Assembly (NCBI GenBank): GCA_963422375.2
Contig: OY729428.2
Coordinates: forward strand, 3,040,001-3,104,000
Reading direction: 5' to 3'
Origin: Bryobacterales bacterium
GTDB lineage: Bacteria; Acidobacteriota; Terriglobia; Bryobacterales; UBA6623
DNA length: 64,000 nucleotides
The notes beneath the pieces were generated by a model, which did no database searches, was not told the origin of the DNA, and saw only the letters and a list, made by a program, of their open reading frames with translations. How positions within the stretch are numbered: position 1 is the stretch's first letter; every line of letters starts with the position of its first letter. The position numbers and the translations under genes were made by a program. Shown here piece after piece: positions 13,001 through 24,100 of this stretch.

Positions 13001-14384
13001 GCATTGCGATCACCGCGTCGTAGTCCGAGCGCGGGAGATTGCGGTACGGGTAGGCGCTGCGAACCGTCTCGTAGAGTTCGGCCTCGGCGATCTCCTCGCA
13101 TGCGACTGCCGCGACGATTTGCTGGGCCAGGACATCCAAAGGTGCCGATGGAACTTCCAGCCGGTCCAGGTCGCCCAGCCGGATCGCACGTACCAGAGCC
13201 GCGCACTCAATGAGCCCGTCCCTAGTCATGGCGAAAAAGCGCCCCTTGGGCGTTGCGCCGACCCAGTGGCCCGAGCGTCCGATGCGCTGCAGGGCGACCG
13301 CGATGGACCTAGGCGACCCGATCTGGCAAGCCAAGTCCACTGTGCCTACGTCGATCCCGAGCTCCAGTGACGCCGTCGCCACCACGACCCGCAGGAGGCC
13401 TTCCTTGAGGCGGTGTTCCGCATCCTGACGAAGGGAGGTCGACAGGCTGCCGTGATGGGGCAGAACGGCGTCCTCGCCAAGCCGCTCGGACAAGCGGTGG
13501 GCGATCCGCTCGGACAGCCGCCGCGTGTTCACGAAGACCAGCGTCGTGCGGTGGGCTCTCGCGAGCTCGGCGAGCCGGTCGTAGACCTCCTCCCACTGCT
13601 CGTTCGTCGCGACAGGGCCGAGTTCGTCGGAAGGGGAGATCACACCTAGGTCCATCTCGCGGCGGTGGCCGAATTCCACCACTCGACCGTCCCCGCCATC
13701 GAACCGTTGGCTGAGAAACCGGGCGACCACATCCAGTGGTCTGACGGTGGCCGAGAGCCCGATCCTGTGGATTCGATTCCCGCCGGACTGCCTGACCAAG
13801 CGCTCGAGTCGCGCCACCGAGAGCGCCAAGTGAGACCCCCGCTTGTCGTCCGCCACAGCGTGGATCTCGTCCACGACCAGCGTTTCGGCGGTCCCGAGCA
13901 TTTCCCGGCCCTTCTCGGACGTCAGCAAGATGAACAGGGACTCGGGCGTTGTGACGAGGATATGCGGCGGAAGCCGTATCATCTTCTGGCGCTCTGACGA
14001 GGACGTGTCGCCGGTGCGCACCGCGGTGCGAATAGGCTGGAGCGCGACGCCCCGCTCCTCGGCCAGAGCACGGATCTCGCGCAACGGCCCGGAGAGGTTC
14101 TTGCGGATGTCGTTGCTGAGGGCCTTGAGGGGCGAGACGTAGACTGCCTTGGTGCGGTCCGGCAGCCCGCCCGACCTCGCGAGCTTGATCAGCCCGTCGA
14201 GACAGATCAGGAATGCGGCGAGAGTCTTGCCGGATCCAGTGGGAGCGGAAATCAGTGTGTCCCGGCCCGCGCCGATCTCGCGCCAGCCCGCGACCTGTGG
14301 GTCGGTCGGCGCACCGAACCTCCGTTCGAACCATTCCGCGACCAACGGATCGAAGGTCGCCAACGCTACAGGCGGCAAGCCCAT
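10074..14384 (-). CDS. lhr: Lhr-family DEAD/H-box helicase (long form)
   Basis: APTGSGKT, DEIH, GLSAT, HHGSLS, ATASLELGIDVG, QRIGRSGH; C-terminal GEIRGGRF..GEQYA and DPLNLTG typical of long Lhr. Confidence 0.92.
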   Translation of the reverse strand: MGLPPVALATFDPLVAEWFERRFGAPTDPQVAGWREIGAGRDTLISAPTGSGKTLAAFLICLDGLIKLARSGGLPDRTKAVYVSPLKALSNDIRKNLSGPLREIRALAEERGVALQPIRTAVRTGDTSSSERQKMIRLPPHILVTTPESLFILLTSEKGREMLGTAETLVVDEIHAVADDKRGSHLALSVARLERLVRQSGGNRIHRIGLSATVRPLDVVARFLSQRFDGGDGRVVEFGHRREMDLGVISPSDELGPVATNEQWEEVYDRLAELARAHRTTLVFVNTRRLSERIAHRLSERLGEDAVLPHHGSLSTSLRQDAEHRLKEGLLRVVVATASLELGIDVGTVDLACQIGSPRSIAVALQRIGRSGHWVGATPKGRFFAMTRDGLIECAALVRAIRLGDLDRLEVPSAPLDVLAQQIVAAVACEEIAEAELYETVRSAYPYRNLPRSDYDAVIAMLSDGIATAKGRRGTYLHRDQVHGLLRPRRGARLAALTSGGAIPDTAQYSVVAEPQGTFVGMLDEDFAVESSIGDVFLLGTTSWRVRRVETGKVRVEDARGAAPTVPFWLGEAPGRTAELSSHVSAVREGIARAADGEGGEDAAAAFLVAECGLDHGSAEEAARYVLAGREALDALPCSSKVVAERFFDESGGMQLVMHAPFGTRINRAWGLALRKRFCRTFNLELQAAATDDGIVISLTEQHSFPLEVVFEFLQPATLEHVLTQALLDVPMFSARWRWNASRALAVLRFAGGRKVPPPIQRMRSDDLLAGVFPDQAACAENLAGEVRVPQHPLVQETIGNCLHEAMDFDGLSALLRSIGAGETQAAAIETPEPSPFAHEILNSNPYAFLDNAPLEERRARAVQMRRSLAPGLADGMGALDPEAIRRVAREAWPPVRDADELHDALLTLVALAPEDEWVRFFADLAARSRATLVRAGERSYWVAAERLELALRIYPGAESDPEIAAVPSSRPLPEGREACIAAMLGGWLDCVGPRTARSLADRQGLPLQAVEAALARLEGEGRILRGRFDPGAADGAIEWCERGLLARIHRLTLGKLRREIEPVSSADFMRFLCRWQHAMPVSRLHGTDGTLQVIKQLQAFEIAASSWESHVLPSRVADYKPEYLDRLCFAGEVIWVRISFHPAFAVDSDARDLGRRRPDARVRPTRSAPIALLVREDAQWLVPLARRDGSRQRTVLSHPAREALACLERRGACFFSDLVRWTGRLASEVEDGLWELATAGLVTADGFENLRALLDSKRRRGEGRDRNRRPRHVPGRWALQAEAIGGEERDGDGKAIDGLARQLLARWGVVFRDLVRHELYAPRWREVARALRRMEARGEIRGGRFLEAFRGEQYALPEALELLRSLRRSRGDEESIEICCSDPLNLTGIVLPGPRRSSSSRETLRFRAGVIEEMPRTGTIPAFATNQASDLWFTR

Positions 14385-15386
14385 TCAGCTTAGCGCCTAG
14401 CTTGCTAATCGCGTGTGACCTCGCGTGGCACTGACCGAACGAAAACGCCCCCATTGCGACCGCCGGGACTCTCCCGTTCGGGTGCGCATTGCCCGGCAAC
14501 CTTGAACGCCCGGAGGCTAGGCGAATCTGGCATCAGCAGTCTTCCCTCGCTGCGGATAGATTGCCTCTTGCACGATCTGCCGTCCGCCACATGTCGCAGC
14601 CCGAAAGCGCACGGGGGCACCCCGAGAGCAGGCACCCGACGCCTCCCAGCGGGTCTGCACTCAACCAAGTGGGACAGCGGCCCTGCCTGGACAGGCTACT
14701 TGGCGGTACGGACTGCAAATGGGTCGGGCAGCGGACGGGGCCCACCGTAGGGCAGCAGGCGCTGAGCTGCGCAGGAGCGTTTCCGATGGACGTCGAATTG
14801 CTACCTCTTGCAGGATCTTCCGGCGACGCCGCACCTAGCGGCTTTCGCCGATGAGACCCGCGGATCAGAAGTCGAAATATCCCTTATCGGATGAGGCGGG
14901 GCTCGCTGCCCGTGACGTGTTGAGACGGTGAAGACTGCGCCATCCCGTAGTACTCAACCCATCTAGCACGCACTCACTGGCTAGCAGATCCGCCTGCCCA
15001 ACCGCAGTTTCGCACACCTGCGCATTGACTTGAGATTTGAGGTCAGCGTTTCATTCGAGGACGATTTCTCGACCAGCGGCTGACCAGAAGTCATCGGGCC
15101 GTTGTCCCACATCCTCCCGAACAATTCTCCGCACTGGTTGACTCGCCGACGAGCTTTTCGGGGCCGACATTGCTGACCTGCTAGGTGCCGTCGAAGTGAG
15201 ACTGCACAGTGCGCTGCATCGCTCCGGGCACCTCCACCGACTGGCTTCGGCCTTGCCCGAGAGCTCCACCGCCCCGAAGACGGGGAGTGTCTTTCCGGGC
15301 CGGCCAGAAAGGAGATCGGCGTGAAGCGGCCCGCGCCGAATTCGCTCCAACCCGCGCTCTAAGGCATAGACGAGACCTAGGATGAG

Positions 15387-15860
15387 ATGATGGTTCGCCC
15401 TCACCCGTCATCATTCCCGAATCCCGCGGTCGCGGTCCGAGAAACGAGCAGGGGCCGTGCCAGACTGAGACTGCTCGCCCGCCGCGGACTACTGGAATGG
15501 AACTACTGCAAGAAGAAATGTCCGGGCCGGACCAGGCAGGACGCATGCGGAACCACGGAACTCCCGGTTCCGGTCCCGGAAGGAAACTACTTATTGCTTG
15601 TGATCAAGCCTCCGAATCTCGGCGAAGAACCTCTTGGATGGATTTTATTCTCGGCATACACTGTAGATGCTTACAATACTATCCCACTCCATGTCGTCTT
15701 CTTGGCAAGGGATGCTGCTCTCCTGGAATCCACCCGGGTCGCCAGAGAGATTCTTCAGAGAAGATCACGGCGAATCTCGGCTCTTGGGGATGAATCGTGC
15801 GAGAATAATGAAATCTTCGGTCTTGTGACCTGTAGGTGCTCGAGTGATCCTTATGACTAA
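15387..15860 (+). CDS. Hypothetical protein or gene remnant (lower GC)
   Basis: 157-aa ORF whose distal half has protein-like composition; start uncertain; no recognised motif. Confidence 0.3.
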   Translation: MMVRPHPSSFPNPAVAVRETSRGRARLRLLARRGLLEWNYCKKKCPGRTRQDACGTTELPVPVPEGNYLLLVIKPPNLGEEPLGWILFSAYTVDAYNTIPLHVVFLARDAALLESTRVAREILQRRSRRISALGDESCENNEIFGLVTCRCSSDPYD

Positions 15861-16185
15861 TGCATATTTCCACAAGGAAGACCGCGATATTTGACGGATA
15901 TAACTTCGAATCGATTACATATAGAATCGCGATTTACGCAGACCGGTGTGGGCTGCCTGGGGATGGGGGTAGTCTTGTCACAATCACTAATTAATCAGTC
16001 TACGGAAGCGCCGGCGCGCGCGGCCCCGAGCGGAGCTGCACGGCATGGTGGCGCGAACACTCTCTGCCCGGCAGGAACAGCGACACCGCAGTCGCCGCGC
16101 GAGCCCGGTCGCGGGCCTCGGCCCAGTAGATGAACACAACCATGGCATCGAAGAGCAAGCCGCCCTCAAGCAGGCGTGGAAGGAG

Positions 16186-16536
16186 GTGGCGGTGATCGGG
16201 ATCGGCAAGTACGGCGCGCATCCGGTCGGCATGGACCGGCACGGCGTCCCGCTGGTCAAGGCGAAATACGCGAAGGCCGAGGTCGCGGAGGTCCCGGGCG
16301 TGCCGCGGCCCTGCGTGATCGGCATGGAGGCCTCCAGCGGGACGCAATTCCTGGGGCGGTAGCTTCGGGAGATTGGCCACGAGATGCGGCTGGTGCCGGC
16401 GAAGCACGTCAAACGGGCCACGACGGACTTCATCGACGCGGAGGCCTGCCAGCGCCCGACGATGCGCTTCGTGCCGCTGAAGCCGGAGGAGCAGCTGACG
16501 ATGCAGTCGCTGCACCGGCTGCGTCAGCAACCGTAG
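16186..16536 (+). pseudogene. IS110/IS1111-family transposase N-terminal remnant
   Basis: VIGIGK..GMDRHG..PCVIGMEASSG..GR*LREIGHEMRLVPAKHVK..DFIDAEACQRPTMRFVPLKPEEQ..QSLHRLR; TAG 16360-16362; truncated. Confidence 0.85.
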
Positions 16537-17239
16537 CAGCCGCTAACTGCGCACGCTGCCGATGCACGGGACGCGCGCGTCCTCGGAAAGGCTGGCCGGG
16601 AGGGGCGACGGCTGCGGCGACGGCTGGCCCGTGAGCCGAGCGAGAAGAGCGTCGTGGTGGCCCGCTTGGCGCGCATCGCTTGGGCCGCCCCGAGCAAGGG
16701 CGAGCGCTTCCGCCCGGCTCCAGAGATCGCCACCGCCTAAGACAACCGACGGCTGCCGGGGAATTCGCACCAGCGGTCGCGAGCCCCGCAATTCGCCTCG
16801 GCATGCGATAACAATGGACCAACGGTCGCACCGGCATTGCGTAACCCTGCCTGTTCGGATGGCCCTCGGAGGTCGGCAGAACTATCAGGACCGTGACGTG
16901 CGGAACCCATCGTGGCCCGGGACCGGCAGGGTTCCGGTAGGTCGGATATTTACGCGCAGTTCCGTTCTGTCGGGAGAGACGTTGGCGCAGGCCCCGAGGA
17001 CGAACCGTATGTTCCGAACATGGGCAGTGCTGGGTTGTCCAAGAGGCTCGAGTCGGAGAGGAGCGGGACGGTGTGACCGGGGCGATGGGCTGGCCGCAGG
17101 GACTCCTCCGCTAGCCGGTCCCTTCGGTCCGCCGTCCGCCTCCTCCCGCCGTGTCACCGCCTCAAGTACCTGAGTCTAAAGGTGTTGCGGAGAATCCCAC
17201 GAATGCCCTTGACGCACCCACCATAATCAAACCGACGGA

Positions 17240-20014
17240 ATGGGGACGGCACTTTCGCGTTGCCGCAAACCAGGCCTCACGGCGCACATGGGTCACCTTA
17301 ACGGCATTTCGCTACTCCCTTCGAGAGGGGCCGTGCTGGCGGCCTGCCTCCTGTGCCTGCCGATTGCCCATGCGCAGGCACCGTCGGGGGCCCACAACGA
17401 GCTGGTCAGGAAATATAGCGATCTTCTCTTGCTACAGGCTGGCGACTACTCGAGCGTGCAGGTTGGTGAAGGCCTCTTGTCGGATGCGTTGGCCCCGCAG
17501 TTCCAATCGGCCATGAAAAAGGTCGGATCCTATCCCTTCGACCGTCCGGGCGAGCTTGTCAAGTTCGTCATCAAGTTCGACGCGGAGACCGAGCTGACGG
17601 ATGCCCAGCGGGAAGATGAAGAGGCGCACGAGGCATTTCTGAATTTGTTTTCCAGGACGATGCCGTTGTTGGCGTACGCGTACAACACGCCCGGCACAGG
17701 CGCTGTCCAAAACCCGTATTTCCAGAACGAATCCGTGGCCCAAGCCTACATCCGGGCTCTCGAATACTGCTACGGAAGGGGAATCACCGAGGACGCGTGG
17801 CTTCCCGACCACGCCGGCCGCGCGAGCGCGCAGGCCTTGGCCCTAGGCCTGGTCCGGCGGTCCGGGGACCTATCCACCGTATCATTGCGCCTAGGAGGGT
17901 TCATCCAGAGCGTCTTCTTGATGCGGGAACCGCTCTCCAAGGCCGGCTTGCTGGACAAGTACCGGGCGGTGGTCCGCAACTTGGTTGTCAATCACGGCGC
18001 CCTGTACCACGCCTTCTTTCCGTACGCGCGCCGGGACGCGGGGATCAAGTACGAATTCCCGCTGCCGGTCGAGGAATGGCACTATCTGAACGCCGACGGA
18101 GTCAGGCTGTTCGTCGATTTCTTCTGGCCCTACTTCATGCTCGTCGAGGACGAGACGGAGCGAAGGCGGATGTCCGCCGTGCTGTGGCGAGTGATCGCGA
18201 CGAACATGGCGGTCAAGCCGGGCGTGCAGGGCACCATCAAGCCGGACGGCACGGCGTTCCACCACTTGACGGCCTACATGGGGGCTTACGGGCCGTTCAC
18301 GCTGGAATCGTTCGCCCAGCTGCTCTACCTGGCGAAGGGCGTCGGGTGCTACGCGCAGGAAAACGTCGATGCTGTAAAGCTCGCTGTCGAATCGTACCGG
18401 GTGATGATCCAGAAGTATTCCTCCTCTCCCGCGCTGCAAGGGCGCTTTCCGCGCGGGAACGACTCAAGAGCGGCGGCGGCGATATCGAAGGCAATGGCCC
18501 TGCTAGGACATCTTGAAGGTCCCGGCGACTCCCAGATGAAGGCACGCTTCCTAGAGTTCTTCGACGAGCGGCAGCTCAGCGAAGCGGAAGCCGGGAGGCC
18601 CTTCTACGCTGGCTCGCGCGGCGTGCCCATCCGCGGGCTGGGGATATACAGGCTGATCAGCGAGTTGCGGAGCTCGGGCGGCGCGGCGGCCGAGACTCCC
18701 TCGGGAGTCTAGATCAAGCCCTACGCCGCGGCGGCCTTCTTCCGCCGGGGCGACTGGCTGGTCACGGCCAAGGGCTTCAGCCGGTACTTCTGGGACTACG
18801 AGGGGCCGCTGAACGCCCGCCAGAACAGCTTCGGCCAGAACTGGTCCAACGGCTTGCTGCAGGTCTTCAGCGCGGGCACGCCCGTCAGCGCTCGGGACTC
18901 CGGATACGACCTTCAGAACGGCTGGGACTGGTACCACGTGCCGGGGACCACGGCCAGCCACTACCCAATCGAGAAGCGCACCCGGAAAGCCGTGCTGGCG
19001 CTCCGCTCCCAGCACGGCGTCGCCCAGCGCCGCACGGACCGCAACTACAACTCCAAGACCTTTGTCGGGGGCGCCAGCCTCGGCGAGCACGGTCTGTTCG
19101 TGCAGGACTTGGAGGCCCTGCCGTTCACTGCGCCGACGGACCTCCAAGGGCGCAAGACGTATTTCTTCGTCGGGGATCGCGTGCTGGCTCTGGGCAGCGC
19201 GATCCGAGGAGGCACATCCGAGGACCGGACGCACACAACGATCTTCCAGACCCGGCTCGATGGCCCCGACACAGCGACATGGCTGGACGGCCGGACATTG
19301 ACCGGCCTCGACCTCGCGGAGCGGAAACCGGCCGGCACGTCGGCGGCCATGGCCGACAGCGTGGGCAACAGCTATTTCCTGGCAAGCAGCACGGCGGACC
19401 TAGTCCTGTCGCGCGGGTTGCAGAGGAGCATGTCGGAGGACTACGAGCCGACCGAGGGAGCCTACGCGCAGGCGTACCTCGATCACGGGACGCGCCCGGC
19501 GGGCGACAGCTACGAGTACGTCCTGATCCCGGCGGACGAGGGGGCGAGGAAGCTGCAGGAACTGGCAGCCGACCCCGAGTCGTACTACCGAGCCATAAGG
19601 GCGGACTCGATCCATCTAGTGCATTTCCCGGGGCAGCGCGTGACCGGATACGCCTTCTACGAGACGGTGGAGACGCCTGCAGGCCAGCTTGTTCGCAGCG
19701 CCAGCATCCCGGCGACGGTGATGGTTCAGGAACAGGACGGCAGCGTCCTGCTGGCTGCGAGCGTGCCGGACATCGGATGGCAGTCGGACCGGAGAGTTCT
19801 CGCGAGAGGGTCCGGCCACGCAGCCACCCTCTACGCGCGCCAGAAAGCCAAGCTGCACGCGCTGGAGTTGGTCCTGCGAGGCAATTGGTGTCCAACCGAC
19901 GCCCCCGCGGGAACAGAGACCGAGGCCATCGGGGAGGACACCAAGGTGACGCTGCTCTGCACCGACGGGCTGAGCACGAGGATCGCGCTGGTGTCGGGCG
20001 ACGCGTGCCGCTGA
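17240..20014 (+). pseudogene. Polysaccharide lyase family 8 (chondroitin lyase-like), secreted; one in-frame TAG
   Basis: Signal peptide (..LPIAHA/Q); IKPDGTAFHH..Y..Y; GV*IKPY..RRGDWLVTAKGFSRY; GWDWYHVPGTT; ORFs 17240-18712 and 18854-20014 are in the same frame, TAG at 18710-18712. Confidence 0.8.
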
Positions 20015-20258
20015 GGCGTTCCGACGGGGCCGTCGAGATGCGGTCGCGACGGCGGCGAGCTACCAAGGTCACACGCTTGGGCGGGCGATCTGCCCGCCCG
20101 TCAAGGCATCGCAGCGGAAGCAGGGCACGGCTCCGCCCTGCGCCCTGCTTCCACGCCTCCGGCCGATGTGCGCTACCGCCCTCCGCAGGCGATTCGATTC
20201 TAGGCAGGTGTCTGTTGACCTCTGTTCGCGAGCACCACCGCCGGTTAGGCCTGCCGGT

Positions 20259-20440
20259 GAAGAGACTTGCCAGCCGGGGCTCTTCCCGAAAATCGAGCGG
20301 GGGGCCGCGACGGTTCTGCCGCTGGCTGAAGATTTGCCCCGAGAGGCACGTCCTGCCGACCTTGCGGGCCCCGTTGAGCAGCAACGGCTTGCGGGTCGAC
20401 TGCCGCTTCCAATGCGGCAGAATCGTCGGGAGCAGTTTTT
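20259..20440 (-). pseudogene. N-terminal remnant of an AAA_14/DUF4143-type ATP-binding protein
   Basis: LPHWKRQSTRKPLLLNGARKVGRT..LDFREEPRLASLF resembles WK..RKPLLL.GARQVGKT..NFE..P.L..LF; degenerate Walker A. Confidence 0.65.
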
Positions 20441-20820
20441 CTGGCGCGACGGATCAGCTCCGGCACAGGCAGGACGGAACGCAGGGACACTCCGTCCGGT
20501 TCCGCCCCGGCGACGGCAAGTTGGAAAACGACGTACGATTCAGCCGGAAATCAGGGCGTTTCGCCCCTACCGCGATCCTCCCGGGCAGCCCACCACCTGA
20601 TCCAAGCAAACTAACGCAATGCGCGAAGCTCCCGCGACGCGAGGGCTCGGCAACCTCCGCACCGCGGACGAAACAGCCTAGGCCGGCGATCCGCCAAAGG
20701 CCGACCTGCTCGCCGCCCCGGCCCGCCCCCCTAGCTATGCAGGCCGACCGCGTTCTTGATCCACGCCGGAAGACAATACCAGCCCACGGAGTCGCGACAC
20801 TGCCGGGCCCGGGGAGGCCG

Positions 20821-20897
20821 TGGTGGCTAGGGACGGATTTGAACCGCCGACGCCTGCCTTTTCAGGGCAGCGCTCTACCAAGCTGAGCTACCTAGCC
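20821..20897 (-). tRNA. tRNA-Phe(GAA)
   Basis: GGCTAGGTAGCTCAG..CTGCC-CTGAAAA-GGCAG..GGTTCAAATCC..CCTAGCCACCA; cloverleaf with encoded CCA. Confidence 0.97.
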
Positions 20898-21136
20898 TCC
20901 GGTTTCCATGGTATCCCATGAACCCGCCTAGGTCAAGCCACGCTGCAGCCGCCCGCCGCAGGAGGCGGCTGACGCGGCATGCCGAAGCAGCTCGAGGATG
21001 CAAGGAGATCTGCCTGAAGGCGCGGGAGCGGCTGGGAGCTGCACCCTAACAGGTCACATCGATCCTTCACCCCGACCGGGCCGTGGAGCCCGCTACAACG
21101 ATGACCGCAAGCTATTCCTGACAGTTGGGATTGGTA

Positions 21137-24100
21137 TCAGAATTCGTAACGCAGGAGCAATTCTATGCGCCGCGGCCCGGTCAGCGTCGACGTAATTCGC
21201 CCGAACTGCGTCGAGCCGATCGAGTGGCTCCGCGTATAGAACGTCGGGTGGTTGAGGATGTTCTCGATCCGAGCGCCGGCCTTGATGACATGGCCCTCGG
21301 CGACGACCGTCGTCTTGGTGACGGCGAAGTCCAGCGCCAGGACGCTCGGCCCGGAGAACAGTCGACGCTGGAGCGTGCCGACCTCGCCCGGGCCGGGGTG
21401 GAAGAACGCCTGCCCGAGGAACGGTTCGAGGCCATCGATCGCCACGCCGCTGTTGTCTCGCGCGTTGATGGCGCCGGCACCGACCATGAACGGACCGTCA
21501 TCCGTCATCCGGAACCGAACGATATGGTCGAGCTGGTCCTTCCTCAGCGCGGTGCTCGCTGTGTTCTGCGCCGAGCGGCCCCTGCGGTTGAGCGTCCCCC
21601 TTCCGGAGAGAAGCGAGAAGGGCGACCCGCTCTGCCACGTCAGGATCGAGGAAATCGTCCAGCCCTGCCGCAGACGGTCCTTGGTCTGGAAGGGAAGGTT
21701 CCAGACCGCGTTGGCGTTGAAGACGTGATTCAGGTCGAAGGTGGCCCGGGCGCGTTCGAGCCACGGCTGCTCGATGTCGAGGAAGGGGTCGAAGCGCACC
21801 GTGGTCCCGCTCGAGTCCGTTAGCACCTTCGAGAAGGAGTAGTTCGCTTGGAACTGTAGGCCCCGCGCGGCCCGTCGCCGCGCCTCGACCTGCAGCGCGT
21901 GGTAGCTGGAGTTGGAGTAGTTCGTCACCAAGTCGGCCACGTACGCGCTTTGATTCCTGCGGAAGCTCAGCTTGTCGCCCACAAGGTCGTTCAGGATGTA
22001 GATGTCTGCCAGCGCGCCGACCTCGCCCCGGCGGATGAGATTCTGGACGATCGGTAAGCTAATGAACCCGCCGTTCGGCAGCAGCGGGAAGACCGTCAGC
22101 TCCTGGCTTCCCTCCAGAGACGGCGAGTGCAGCGGATTGAAGACGCCGGTTGCATCGAGAGATAGGAGGCCGTTGTTGCGGGCCCGGATCACGTCGTCGA
22201 GGAACCCGTTTTCCCGGACGACGACTTGGTTGTAGTCGAACGCCCGGACGAGTTTCGTGCCCTTGTTTCCCACGTAGCGCGCCTCGACCACGGTATCCCA
22301 GCCGATATCGCGCTGCAGGCCGAAGTGCCACTGCTGCACGTACGGGGCGCGCAGGTTGGGGTCGATAGCGAAGACAGCGCTGGCCGGGTCGAGCGCTTGG
22401 TTGTCGCTGGCCCGGCGCGGGACCGCGTAGTCCGGCAGGTCCACCGGCACGGCGCCGTCCCGGAGGAACTTGTCGAGATTCCGCATCACGCGCGAGCCCT
22501 GCAGGCCGCTGTTGGCCGTGGCCGCGTTTTGCGCGGCCTGGATCGCCTCGTCGATGACGTAGTTGACGCTGTAGCCGACGCGCAGCGAAGTCCCGCCGTC
22601 GCCGAACACGTCCCACGCCAAGCCGATGTTGGGGGCGAAGTTGTTGCGGTCCGGCAACCACATCGGACGTCCCGTCGCTCCCCCGGCGAAGTCAAGCTTG
22701 GCGTCGGAAAGGATGGTGTCGATGACCGTGCCCGCTTCCTGGACGGGCAGGAGCATCAGGCCTTCGCGCTCGTCCACCCGCCCGTAGTACTCCCAGCGCA
22801 CGCCTAGGTTGAGCGTGAAACGCGGAGTCAGCTTGAGACTGTCCTGGAAGTAGCCCGAGAAGCTGTCGAAGCTGTAGTTGCGCCGGTTCGACTGCCCGGG
22901 GACGAATCCCGAGTTCTGGTCCCGGACGTTGAATGTCTGCCCGGCGGTGGAAATGATGCCCGCGATGGTGGCGAGCAGGCCTTGGGCGGCCCCTAGGTCG
23001 CCGGGACCGATCCCTCCGGGAAACAGGGCCCCGGAAAGCTGGTAGTCGCTCTGCGCGGAGATTCCGATCGTCATCGCCGGCAGGACGCCGAAATTGTCGA
23101 ACGAAGCCACGCGAACGCGCTGGGCGTCGAATCCGAACCGGAACGTATGCCGTCCGAGATGCGCTTCGACGTTGTCCCTGTAGTTGTAGGTATCGGTCGC
23201 GCGTCCCTGCGGCGCGAAGTTGACGGTGGGATTGCTGAAGGCCAGGCCCCGCAGCTGGTAGTCCTCGGGAACGGCGCTGTTGTGGAACTCGCCGGGAGCA
23301 AGATTGAATCCGAAGCGCGCCTCGTTCGTCCAGCGCGGCCCGGGGCTGGTCCGCCAGCTGACCGAGAGAAAGTCTGTGTGAATCACGTCCCGGACTGGCG
23401 GGGCCTCGTGGAAGCCCACGCCCGAGTCCCCGCGATCGTTGCTCTCCTCGTTGTACTTGTACGTCACCGCCAAGGCGTTGCCGGAGGTAATGTTCCAGTC
23501 GCCGCGGGTCGTCACGGCATGCCGGTCACCGTCGTCGCGCGTCTGGAAGCGGTAGCCCGCCGTGTTCAGCATGCGCTCGCTCGAGCTGTCGCCTACGTCG
23601 TAGTTGTTGATTTCGCTGGATGCGGGAACCCTGCTCAGAATCGCCGCGATCTCCGGATCCGCTTCCAGGCCCTGCATATCGAGGACGTTGACTTGGCGAA
23701 ACGTGCCGTCCAGGTCGAGATAGCTGAAGATTCCCTGAGCGGCATCGGGCGTCAGCAAGGTCGCGTTCACGAGCGACTCGCGACGGTCCCTTAGTGACTC
23801 GTAGTTCGCGTAGAAGAAGACCCTGTTCCTTACGGCGGGTCCCCCGATGGAACCGCCGAACTGGTTGTACTTGAGCTTGGTCTTCTCCAGTCCCTGCCTA
23901 TTGGAGAACCACGGGTTCGCGGCGAGCGCATCGTTGCGCGTGTGCCAGTACCCATTGCCGTGAAACTCGGGCCCTCCGGAGCGGGTGACGAAGTTCACCT
24001 GCGAGGCGCCGCCACCGATGCCGGGCGAGCCGTTCTGGTTCGTGACGGCGAACTCGGCGACCTGGTCGAGGAGGGTCCGGCTCGCCAGGTAGTCGAGCGC

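Noticed and set aside
18710..18712. TAG recoding/pyrrolysine (also TAGs at 16360 and 34196)
   Set aside because: sucA, sucB, lpdA, DUF1501 and other genes end normally at TAG; the other TAG-containing genes carry additional lesions
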